From assembly GCF_001194135.2 (NCBI RefSeq), contig NC_068990.1:78685838-78749837 (forward strand): DNA of 64,000 nt, read 5' to 3'. A program made the position numbers and the translations under genes. The notes below the pieces were generated by a model, which had not been told where the DNA came from, searched no databases, and worked only from the letters and a program-made list of their open reading frames with translations. This document shows positions 49,244 through 60,018 of the stretch, in pieces. This DNA is from Octopus bimaculoides (taxonomy: Eukaryota). Every line of letters starts with the position of its first letter. The stretch's first letter is position 1.

Positions 49244-51954
49244 AGTCAATGTAAAATGCTGTGTTTATGTTAAAAGGTAACTCAACAAAATGGATGGCTG
49301 GGCTTTAACTTGGTTGGAACCAGTAAAAGACTCAACAACACAGTATGGATATGAACTTCTCACATCATCACGTCAACACACAAACATTTGTTCTATGAGA
49401 TGTCTATCTCATTCTATATCTTAAAAAAACAAAAACATTATTCAATAAATGAAATCAGCAAATTTGTTGATTATTGATCACAAGATTTGGTTTCTTGATT
49501 CTATAATTTGATCTCCCAGAGGCTGCCTAGGACTTTTCTCTATTCTCTGAAAGAAACCATAAAACCAGTTTTACACTCTACACGAACACTTTGGAGGAGT
49601 CACACTCACAGGGTAGAATGCCATAGAATTCCAGTGGATCTTTAACAAGGAATTTAACTTTGATAAAAACAAACGCACAATTCCAGAGAAATAGACTCAT
49701 TTTTATGTTTGAAGCATAAAATATCTTTGGAACACACACACACAGAAATATTTGGATAATAACATCGAACATGTTATTAATTCCAAGGTTTTCAAATAAA
49801 ATTTTCTATGAAAATAGTGACAATCTTTAAAATCAACAGCCAAGTGGAATTTCTTTAAGAGTTGGTTTGAATCTTCATAACAGACGTTGGTTTAAATATT
49901 TTCTCCTTCACACCAGATCCACCCCACGACATCTATTATTTTTGTTGTTTACATTTCAAATTAAATCTTCAGATATTTACTCTCCTTCACACAACCTCAA
50001 TTCAATGTTTCCAATCAAAAATAAACAGATTCCAAACCATATTTGTAGACGAAGTGTTTTCATTACGGCGACACTTTTCTTCACTAAAATATTTTCGCTG
50101 AATGTTTTCAGGCAGCTATTTTATGTTTTAAGAGTTGCAATAGCCATGAAGGAACGAACAGTTGCGTCTTCCTATCACAGAACTGGTGTTCCTTTGCATT
50201 GATGTCTCATAAATCACTGAGCAACCTAACAACGAATTTGTCAGTGAGGTGGTGGTGGTTGTGTTAAAGGTTGTAGTAGTGCGGTGCTGCCTGCAATTAT
50301 TTGCTGATGATCGTAGAGATGTGATGATGCATTCATTAGTTGGCTAGAAGCAGTCACATTGTGTTCTTGGGCATGTTTCTTAACTCTACTTGTATAATTA
50401 AACAAAATAAAATGTTTCGTTTAACCAATAGTCATATATTCTTGGATGAAATTCTTAACTCTGTTTGAATAATTATATAAAATAAAACAAATATTTCGTT
50501 TAGTTAGTAACCATACTGTGTTTTAGGACGAGTTTCTTAACTCTATCCACCTGTTAAAATAAACAAACTAGAACGAATAAATTTCGTTTAAGCGAAGAAA
50601 TGCAAAAGCGATCTCTTTCACTTTTAAATGGATATAAAAGTATAAGAAAGAAATATGAGATAAAAGAATATTTATATTGACCACATACCTTGATGATGTC
50701 TCGTGTTTCACAGGAGTTAGCGAGAAACTTGGCAAAATAAATTGATTCCATTAATGAGGCCTAATGGTATTCTTGACATTAGGTTGCCTCACAACTTAAA
50801 GTCATGACCGTTAACGGCCATGACATCAAGATAAATAGAAAAGGTTTTAAATATTGATTGTAAGCAATAATTTGACGTAAAAACAACGTCAGACAATGAT
50901 AAACTTAATACTCGCCGCAGTTCCATCAATTGAACCGTGACTGCTGTTTCTTGAAACATCTTGCGAACGGAACTAGTGAAAGTTTACTAATTTCACCGGG
51001 TGACTGCTTATCAATGAAAGTAAAAGCTGGTATAAATGATTTAATTAAACTAAAACAAATTTACATTCTTGGTAATTAGAAAAACAATTGTTGTTTCTTT
51101 GATTAAAAGAGTAATACCAAAGATAATCCCGGAATGGAAATGTTTTATCTATTTATTTCTTGTTTTCTTTAATAATTATGAAGATGTCTGGCAAATGAAT
51201 TGATCTGAGACCGTGCGTTTGGAACTAAAACAATTCCAGTCTGGAAGACATAGATTAGCCATTCAAAAAACACGAAAATTAAACTTTAATATTTATTAAT
51301 TGGTGTCAAAATTTTCCTCTGAGAAAGGAGCTGGTTTCTAACAAAAATGCAAAGCTCCATCGTTGGAAAGAAGGTAATAAGAATAATGTCACATTTTAAA
51401 CTTGAGAAAAGTCTTGCATATTTTTATTGTTCCACTTACAGATTGTATTTGTAATGTGTGAGTTAGTTGATTTCTTTTTCTGAGGACCCTAGCTTATCCA
51501 GATCATGCATGCGTGCATGTATGTATGTATGTATGTATGTATGTATGTATGTATGTATGTATCTATGGATGGATGGATGTATGCATGTTGTAAAGTGTGT
51601 GTTTTGGGGAGTGGGATACAGTGTGACTGAAGTAAACACAAAAAAAAACCTGATGTAATAGTAGTAGTAGTAGTAGTAGTTTGGTGGTTGCCAGAAATGG
51701 TACAAGAAACCGAACTAAATACTTTGTAGTATTTAGTTCCGTCCCTTTAGTTTCAAGTTCGAATCGTTGTGAAGTCAATTTTACTCTCCAATCACTCGGT
51801 GTTCATAAAATAAAATATCAATAAATTAAAATCGATTGAATTGTCTCTCTCCTTCTCCTTCCCCCTTCCCCATCTCTCTCCCCTTCCCTCTTTCTCTCTC
51901 CATTTTTTAGCTGCCCTGTACCAACATTAAGGATGATCGTCATCTTTGTTGCTG

Positions 51955-52141
51955 TTAAATGAGTAATCTTTTACCGATAGATCGATACTGCAGAAGGTGA
52001 TCATAATTCCAGTCATCATACCAATGACAACTTCCACTCTCAGACTCGTCACAAGTCACTCGGGGTTGATCCTCGTCACGGATTGGTAGATGTGGCTTGG
52101 GAGGTCGTTTCCCCAATGAGTAGAAACTCTCGTAGTAATAC
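51955..52141 (-). CDS. P4H-like probable last coding exon (W)YYYESFYSLGKRPPKP...CDESESGSCHWYDDWNYDHLLQYRSIGKRLLI*
   Basis: Strong minus-strand acceptor tttcttaattctttattcctttgaatgtag|; the phase-2 frame is open for 61 codons to TAA at 51957-51955. Confidence 0.75.
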
Positions 52142-52585
52142 CTACATTCAAAGGAATAAAGAATTAAGAAACGATGTTTAGATACACGTCACATGACAGG
52201 GAGATCACGTGGCTTGAGTTTTCTTAATTACTTAATTACTTAATTACTGCTGTCTACTAATGAATGGCGAGAAAAGAAAGAGAGGATAAGTTCTGAGGTA
52301 TATCTATGAAGGAATGATCAAAACATGAGTTCTGCGATAGATCTAAGTGGCTCCACAGGTGTAAGTAACGCGAAGAGAATCTAAATTAGATCCCAGATGT
52401 ACTTCAAATGAGTTTTACCTGCAATTGTTAAACACACAATGTGAATAATTTAATCATATGCATCTTAGAAATATTCAGGAGGATTTCAAGCCAAAATTGG
52501 TATTAATGTTCTGAAGAAATTAGGCATCTGAAATGTACTTATGCACACACACACACACACACACACGCACGCACGCACACGCACA

Positions 52586-52616
<31 letters not shown>

Positions 52617-52790
52617 TATATGTCCCTGAATGCAGGCTGGGCTGGTTGGAGGAGTTTGTCTCCCCTTTGTATGGATAAGGGCACAGAAAGTGTGTCAAGG
52701 CCTAATAGGAAGCGGTCTGGCTTCCTAGGGCTAAACAGCAGTAGTGTATTCCCTTATTGGGACTGTCACGTTAAGTTGGCAGTATACAAC

Positions 52791-52833
<43 letters not shown>

Positions 52834-54270
52834 TGCATTGTGTGTGTGTGTATGCTTGAGATATGAGTTTTCAGGTGGTTAGATGAGTGATTGTGTGTCA
52901 TTACTGTTGAAGGATCGAAGACTAGCTAATATCGATGAGGCTTTAGTTTCCGTGTCTGCAACAGCAAGAATATGTCTGGAAACTTGCTATTTATGGCTTT
53001 CAATAGAATGAAAAAGTGTTGGACTGACGACTGATCTTTTATAGAAAACAGAAAAACAAGCTCTTTTTTCCTGTTATTTCTGCTGGAGATAAAATCTGGT
53101 TTCTTCTCCGTCTCTTAGCCCTAATGTCTGAACACTTGAGCTAAAATCTGATAAATTACTCCAACTTTACGGTTCATAATCAGACACCAGTCAACATAGA
53201 TTTACGACGAATATATTTATTAAACAATGTTATCATTCATATTTACAACTGGAGCTATTACACTGTAACAATTTTTTTCTTTCTTTGGTCAGTAAGTTTT
53301 ACTTCCTATTTGTTTCTATCTAGAAATCAAAAGAACTGACTACTGTTCCCTTCAAACTTTGCTTTTGTCACCTGGACATCAATGTTTTGAAACTGACCTA
53401 TTCTCCATTACATTTCAGACAAATTCAGCATTGAGTTGCTGAAGCAGAAATATCGTTATAGCAAATATTCTGCTCAATACCACAGATTTGTTTGTCAGTT
53501 GTTTGACCATAACCAGTTGAGCATGTCCCTTAGTGGCTGACAATATGTGCACCTCTGATCATGAGTAGTTGGGGAGCATCATAGCCATGTGTTGAGAGGG
53601 ATTCTTTGGGGGTTTGAATAAATATAACAAAAGCGAAGTTTGAAGGAAATATTAGTCATTTTTCATATTTTCTAGGCTTGAGCAAATGGGAAATAACAAT
53701 TGCTACACAAAGAGAAAAATCGTGTTACACAATGTTATTGCTACCATTTATGTAATTTATTTTGCAGTACACAGTCAAGTTACAGCTATAATAGAACTTC
53801 GAGCAATTAACACTTCTACGACATCTAAATCCAAAAATGAAGCTGTGACCTTCTCATACTTACCATCTTTGGAGAATATATTTATTCCCAGTTTTGACAG
53901 GATCAGCCAAATGTTGTGATAAAGACTCACATTGGCCCCTTTTGTTCATGTTGTTCCATAGCAGAGCCCTTCCTTTCCGGGGACGCACCCATATTCCTAG
54001 TTCTGAGATGATATATCAAGAAAAATTGTAAGTTATACGTTTTGATTTATGATCAATGTAATCGCAACGATCAGTACGATTGCAATGATGATGATGATGA
54101 TAATTGCGATGAGGACGATGGGTATCATTTTTACAATGATTATCGACCTTTCGGTCCGCATGATGATGATGATGATGATGATGATGATATGCCGGAGCTC
54201 GACCAATATGGGAAAATGACTAAAAATAAAATAAACAAACATTGTTGTAAACTCATTCCCCATCCATTCA

Positions 54271-54307
<37 letters not shown>

Positions 54308-55898
54308 TTCCCCCTCTCTCTCTCCCCTCTCTCCCCACTAAATTTCTAGAAATCAAGGGTTCACGCTGGTGAAATCAACAATTTTCAACGAATATTAAAA
54401 TCACGAATGACACTTTCATAAACTATAACGGCGGTGATTTTAAGCCTAGTTGAAAATTGTTGATTTTTTTCAACGTGAAACCTAAGGTTCTAGAAAGTTA
54501 ACATAGATTCTATTAAAAAGAATTGCTTCTCCAACTACACGGTGTTGAATACTCAATCTATCACACACACACACACATATCGTGAGAGAGAAAGAGAGGG
54601 TGGGGGTGGGGAGAAAAATTTATAGTTAAACTGCCTTCGTCTGACTTAAATACTCTCTAATCAACGTTTTTCAAACATAAACTATCTTCACGTCAAAAGA
54701 ATCCCTCATGTCTAATTGTGTCACAATCTCTCCTTAATGTCAATACATTTTAAAACATGTCTACAATGAATCAGGCTTTCTATCTTCCATTTTGATTTGT
54801 CTCTATATTGTTTGTAAATAACCTTGAACGATATCTTAGCAATCAGGTATATATTGGCTTTAGGTATTTAACAAGGATTAACTAGTTTCTTGTTGTTTCA
54901 TCTTCAGTTTTAAAATTTTTGCTCAATTCATCAGATACTCAGAACATGTTTATAAGTAGAAGAGTTTGTCACGAAATCATTGAATTTAAGGGAAATTCTT
55001 ATCAGCGCTTTGATAGTCTTCCTTTCTTCCTATTTCCGCGTCTCTTCATATTTGTTAAACCTTCAAACAGCATCTTTCAACAAACGCAGGCGAAGTTTTT
55101 GTTTCTCTTTGATAAGAATTTCATTTCAGATTTTCGCAGTTTGTCATTTGAAAACCAAGCCAAGTCCTTGCGGTTCACAAAAACTTTCAGTATCTTTAAT
55201 ACTGTGCACTCTGTGATGTAATAGTCTTATCTACAGGTTTACCTTAGAAATCTTATTATTAAGATGTTGAATTAGGTTCAAATGCCGCCGGAGTCGACTT
55301 TGCCTTTTATCCTTTCGGGGTCGATAAATTAAGTACCAGTTACGCACTGGGGTAGATGTAATCGACTCATCCTCTCCCNNNNNNNNNNNNNNNNNNNNNN
55401 NNNNNNNNNNNNNNNNNNNNNNNNNNNNNNNNNNNNNNNNNNNNNNNNNNNNNNNNNNNNNNNNNNNNNNNNNNNNNNNNNNNNNNNNNNNNNNNNNNNN
55501 NNNNNNNNNNNNNNNNNNNNNNNNNNNNNNNNNNNNNNNNNNNNNNNNNNNNNNNNNNNNNNNNNNNNNNNNNNNNNNNNNNNNNNNNNNNNNNNNNNNN
55601 NNNNNNNNNNNNNNNNNNNNNNNNNNNNNNNNNNNNNNNNNNNNNNNNNNNNNNNNNNNNNNNNNNNNNNNNNNNNNNNNNNNNNNNNNNNNNNNNNNNN
55701 NNNNNNNNNNNNNNNNNNNNNNNNNNNNNNNNNNNNNNNNNNNNNNNNNNNNNNNNNNNNNNNNNNNNNNNNNNNNNNNNNNNNNNNNAAACGTAGTATT
55801 CGAGGGTTAAGATTCGATCTAAGAAAAATACAAACGTTTCACTTTATCGATATTTAGTCATCAATTTAATAATTCCTTGAATTATCGAATGTTTTTGA

Positions 55899-55929
<31 letters not shown>

Positions 55930-56389
55930 TACAGAGACAAAGAGTTGAATGATGAAAACACATCTTTACATTATCAATAGAAATAAGACATCGAAGTATC
56001 AGTGAAATGATCTTAATCAGAACAACAGAATTTGATCTGACTACTCTTATATTATACGTTAATCTCTAGTTTTTATAGTTGTTCTCACCCTGTCTGTTGA
56101 TTAATAAGAGACGGGTGTCGGTGTGGGGTGGGAGGGACACAACAACAAACACCAACACAAAACGTTGACAATACTAAAACAAAGTTTGAACATTTACGCT
56201 TTTGACATTAAAAAATGGCTTCTTAATTCATTCTACTATTTTGTAAACATTTTTTTCCAATTAAAGGTAATTTACCTGGAAATATTGTCTCGCCACCTTC
56301 AGTTACAGTTTCCAAATAAATCAGAACCGTAGCAACTTTGTCTCGTTGATCATCGTTACGTTCTTGACAGTCTGTGTGTTTGTAGCAGC
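51955..56389 (-). CDS. Prolyl-4-hydroxylase-like 2OG-Fe(II) dioxygenase, 3' three exons (5' exons not found in this window)
   Basis: Spliced frame: GCYKHTDCQERNDDQRDKVATVLIYLETVTEGGETIFPELGIWVRPRKGRALLWNNMNKRGQCESLSQHLADPVKTGNKYILQRWYYYESFYSLGKRPPKPHLPIRDEDQPRVTCDESESGSCHWYDDWNYDHLLQYRSIGKRLLI*. It shows the P4Hc-domain hallmarks HxD, ATVLxYL..V..GGETxFP, PxKGxALxW, the distal His and the 2OG-binding Lys. Intron phases 1, 1 and 2 are consistent. Confidence 0.88.
53292..53702. mobile_element. Second copy of the ~420-bp MITE-like element
   Basis: Reverse complement of 40497-40918 along its whole length. Confidence 0.75.
53864..54002 (-). CDS. P4H-like exon (139 nt) ELGIWVRPRKGRALLWNNMNKRGQCESLSQHLADPVKTGNKYILQR(W)
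   Basis: On the minus strand: acceptor tctcag|, donor gatg|gtaagt; phase 1 in, phase 2 out; distal His and Lys. Confidence 0.9.
54345..54494. mobile_element. 150-bp foldback/MITE-like inverted repeat
   Basis: ~60-bp arms (TCTAGAAATCAAGGGTTCACGCTGGTGAAATCAACAATTTTCAAC... and its imperfect reverse complement) around a short spacer. Confidence 0.65.
56276..56389 (-). CDS. P4H-like exon (114 nt) with HxD and ATVLIYL...GGETIFP
   Basis: On the minus strand: acceptor ttttcag|, donor ccag|gtaaat; phase 1/1. Confidence 0.9.
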
Positions 56390-56758
56390 CTGAAAATAAC
56401 GACTTAATTAGTTTGGGATTATGTGACATACAGCAAATATAATCTTACATTCTATACGTAAATATAGAATACGAAGGGTTTAGCTCACTGGTGATCTAAA
56501 CGAATAGGTACGCTGTGTAAGTGCTATAATTAGTCATCCGTTAGGTTCCAAGTTCACAGCTGAAGCTGGAGCTCTGATGACGGTGTACGGACATGCTAGC
56601 CTATCACTTGGGATATCCCAGAAACAGCTCCAAGACTTCAAATTCACCTTAACCTTATTATTCACCTTATTCTAAATGACTTGAGACGCTCGTTCCGCCT
56701 TGGCTTTTGTTATCCTTTTTCCTCTAATATAATATATGCGTAAATATATGCATACATA

Positions 56759-56837
<79 letters not shown>

Positions 56838-57959
56838 TAGTAGTTAAACAGACAGAACCATAAACACTGGACACAGATGGAAACAAGTTGAAAATAAATT
56901 ATTAAGGTGGGAGAGAAAAATAAACGGTTTTGAAACAATTAAGTTACATAATGTTTTGAGCGGCCATCATTTTGATAAAGGGGAATTACTACCGGAAGTC
57001 AGACATAGAGACATAGATATTCGTACATATACATACACAGACACACACACGCACACATACATACGCTCACTCACACAAACACTCACACATGCACACACAT
57101 TCACACTCACACATACACACACATACAGCATCCATTGTATACACTCATATAAAGCACACACACACACACACACACTTATCAAGCTGCTAATCCGCCTAAA
57201 GAAGTGATTATTTATATTCTGTCAACAAGAAATGGTTTTGATTAGCGTCGAGTGGTTTAGAGTAAGTGGAAAGACGAGTGGTCAAGATACGTCCAAAATC
57301 TAATTGGTTCCTCGAGGGATGGAACCTAGGAATATGTTGATACAATTATTAACTTCACTTAAGGATTCCGCTTGATTTGCTGGTTGGTTGGTTATTTTTA
57401 AAATCAGAAAACCAGATTTTGTTTGAATTGCCAGACCAGTCCCCTGGTTGCGTAGCGAACCAGTGAACCATTTGGTTGCCGAGTGAAGAAGTAATGTGAT
57501 GCGATGCTAAATGAGGGGAATGGAAAACTGTTNNNNNNNNNNNNNNNNNNNNAAGTGGACACAGGATGAGTGGGTGGAAGTGCCATCGACGTAATGGGCG
57601 TGGATGGGGCGGCCTGAAATACAGTTCGAGGAAATGCACGGCATATGAAATGATCTATACGTTGAGACTGGGGTCTGAAAGCCGCCCCCCCACACACATT
57701 AAAAGTATATATATAAATATATATCTTCATATATTTAAGCATATATAACTTAAAATACATACAGGCATGTATGCAACTATTGTAAGTTTCTTCATACATA
57801 CATACACACACATACATACATACATACATACATACACACATACACACACACATGCACACACATACATACATATATATACATACACACATACATATATACA
57901 TACACACAGACATACATACATGCAATATCTCACAATGCTTTTGTAGTACCAGTGCTATA

Positions 57960-58770
57960 AACGAACATTTGAGAGATTGGATTGGACACTGGACGAGATA
58001 CTCTGGCTGGACTTCAAAACCAGAAGGTATTAACCGCCAGTGGCAATTTCCACATTATCAGCAACACCGATAGAATTCACGTGAGACGAAGTGATGGCGG
58101 TAGATGCATAAGGTCAGCCTTTGACTGTCGTATTGTATCACTCAGACAATACCTGCTGAGCAGTAAAGAAAGAAATGAGTACATTCCATGCGTACTCGAA
58201 AGAGAGAGCAACCACATCTTCAGAATTGGAGAAGAACTACTGTGCAGATACTCTGAAAAGACAACTGTCTCATGCGACCCAAAGGAGGCTAGACTGGCCT
58301 ATCTAAACATATCCCTTAAGTGAGAGGGCAACAACAGTATCAACAGGAAGAGTAGCTTCTCCTGAACCTTTGAAAGATATATTATATCACACTTAGGAGG
58401 ATATCCACGAACAGCAGAGAGCTACTAAATACCTGACAAACAAGAGGGACAAAGATACCACCAAATCCCCACGTTGTGGTAAAAAAATATCGGTTCTGCT
58501 ACACCATTGTGGAAGATATCACCCACATCATCATCATCATCATCATCATCCATATGTATGTATGTATGTATGTATGGATGGATGGATGTAAGCATGTATG
58601 CATGTTGTAAAGTGTGTTGGGGAATGTGTGTGTTTTGGGGAGTTGGATACAGTGTGGCTGAAGTAAACACACAAAATGCCTTCGGGATATTACCTATCCC
58701 CGAAGCATGATATAGTTGCGAAGACTATTCGCAATGCTATTTGCAGGAAGGACTACCCTGGCGTATACAT
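57960..58770 (+). mobile_element. R4/NeSL-like (restriction-like-endonuclease) non-LTR retrotransposon remnant, interrupted by a short repeat
   Basis: DRIHVRRSDGGR (compare RLY.PR..GGRGL), then CRFCYTIVEDITHII and, after an insertion, KMPSGYYLSPKHDIVAKTIRNAIC (CCHC knuckle and RHD region). Confidence 0.6.
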
Positions 58771-59019
58771 CAAAGGCATGTCAGAACCAATAGGTATTCA
58801 CACCTTTAAAAACAAGGAATACTGATGGAACACTCCAATAAAAAACACCAATTCGATGCAAATATAACAAACTTAATATTGTTCTGTGCATACATACATA
58901 CATACAGACAGACAAACAGACAGACATGCGTGCACACACATACTTGCACACACACATGTATACACATGCGTATTTACGCCACCACACAAATCTATGTATG
59001 TGTGTTTGTATATGCATGA

Positions 59020-59060
<41 letters not shown>

Positions 59061-59862
59061 TANNNNNNNNNNNNNNNNNNNNNNNNNNNNNNNNNNNNNN
59101 NNNNNNNNNNNNNNNNNNNNNNNNNNNNNNNNNNNNNNNNNNNNNNNNNNNNNNNNNNNNNNNNNNNNNNNNNNNNNNNNNNNNNNNNNNNNNNNNTATA
59201 TATATATATATATAAGTGCATATACATGAATGTGTGTGTGTGTGTGTGCGTGCGTGTATGTGTGCGTTCGTGCGTGTGCTTGACAATGTCGTAAAGTGAT
59301 GTTAAGCTCCCAGCAAGATGAGTCTGCGAATCAGACTCATGTCGTTTCACTTCACTTCCTTTCGTCCCCCTTCACCTGTTCCAATTTGCTGGTCAAAGTG
59401 GATACCTGCTCATGATTAGTCCTCGATACACTTTATGAAGGTGACGTGTTCGGAGGGTTAGTGGTGGTGGTGGAATATTTCATCATTATGGAAATTTTTT
59501 AAACCAGTTGGAAGTGAGTTGACCAGATATCTAAATCAATATGAGTCAAACTCGCTCTTTCTCTTTCACTGTCTCTCAAATCGATATAAATCGATAAAAT
59601 ATGTACGTCAAATGTCATTATTTAATGGAGCTGCACCACCACCTCATGTCTCTGGTTTATCATTATTTCTCCATAAATCTGGTGAACTGTCGGCGGAGAG
59701 CTCCTAGTTGCAGTTCAAAACACCGTGTTGCTTGCTTCATAATGTTTACATATGTATACGCACGCACGCGCGCACACACATGTATTTATCTAGATAGAAT
59801 GTATAAAACACAAAAGCAGATACACACACACACACACACACACACAGAGACACACACACAGA

Positions 59863-59913
<51 letters not shown>

Positions 59914-59975
59914 TCACTTGAAATATATATGTTTTCAAAGGCGAATAAGCATCGACAGATAGCAAGCCATGCTAC

Positions 59976-60018
59976 TCCAGACTGATGAAGAGCAATGACT
60001 CTGAAACTAGTCTCTGGA
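59976..60018 (+). ncRNA. Minimal type-I hammerhead ribozyme motif
   Basis: TCCAGA-CTGATGA-AGAG(CAATGA)CTCT-GAAA-CTAG-T-C-TCTGGA: 6-bp stem I, 4-bp stem II, palindromic ACTAGT stem III and a GUC cleavage triplet. Confidence 0.8.

Noticed and set aside
50554-50751. Minus-strand MESIYFAKFLANSCETRDIIK followed by a GTATGT donor
   Set aside because: No homology or partner exon recognised; it lies downstream of the P4H-like stop codon.
51955-52141. Neuropeptide-precursor look: two amidation/dibasic sites (YSL-GKR, YRSI-GKR)
   Set aside because: The exon splices in phase onto the P4H catalytic exons (QR-W-YYY) and no signal-peptide exon was found, so the motifs are best read as coincidental within an enzyme tail.
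54033-54356. Asp-rich ORF (+) and Ile-rich, TM-like ORF (-)
   Set aside because: Degenerate (GAT/ATC)n microsatellite inside a P4H-like intron; no splice support.
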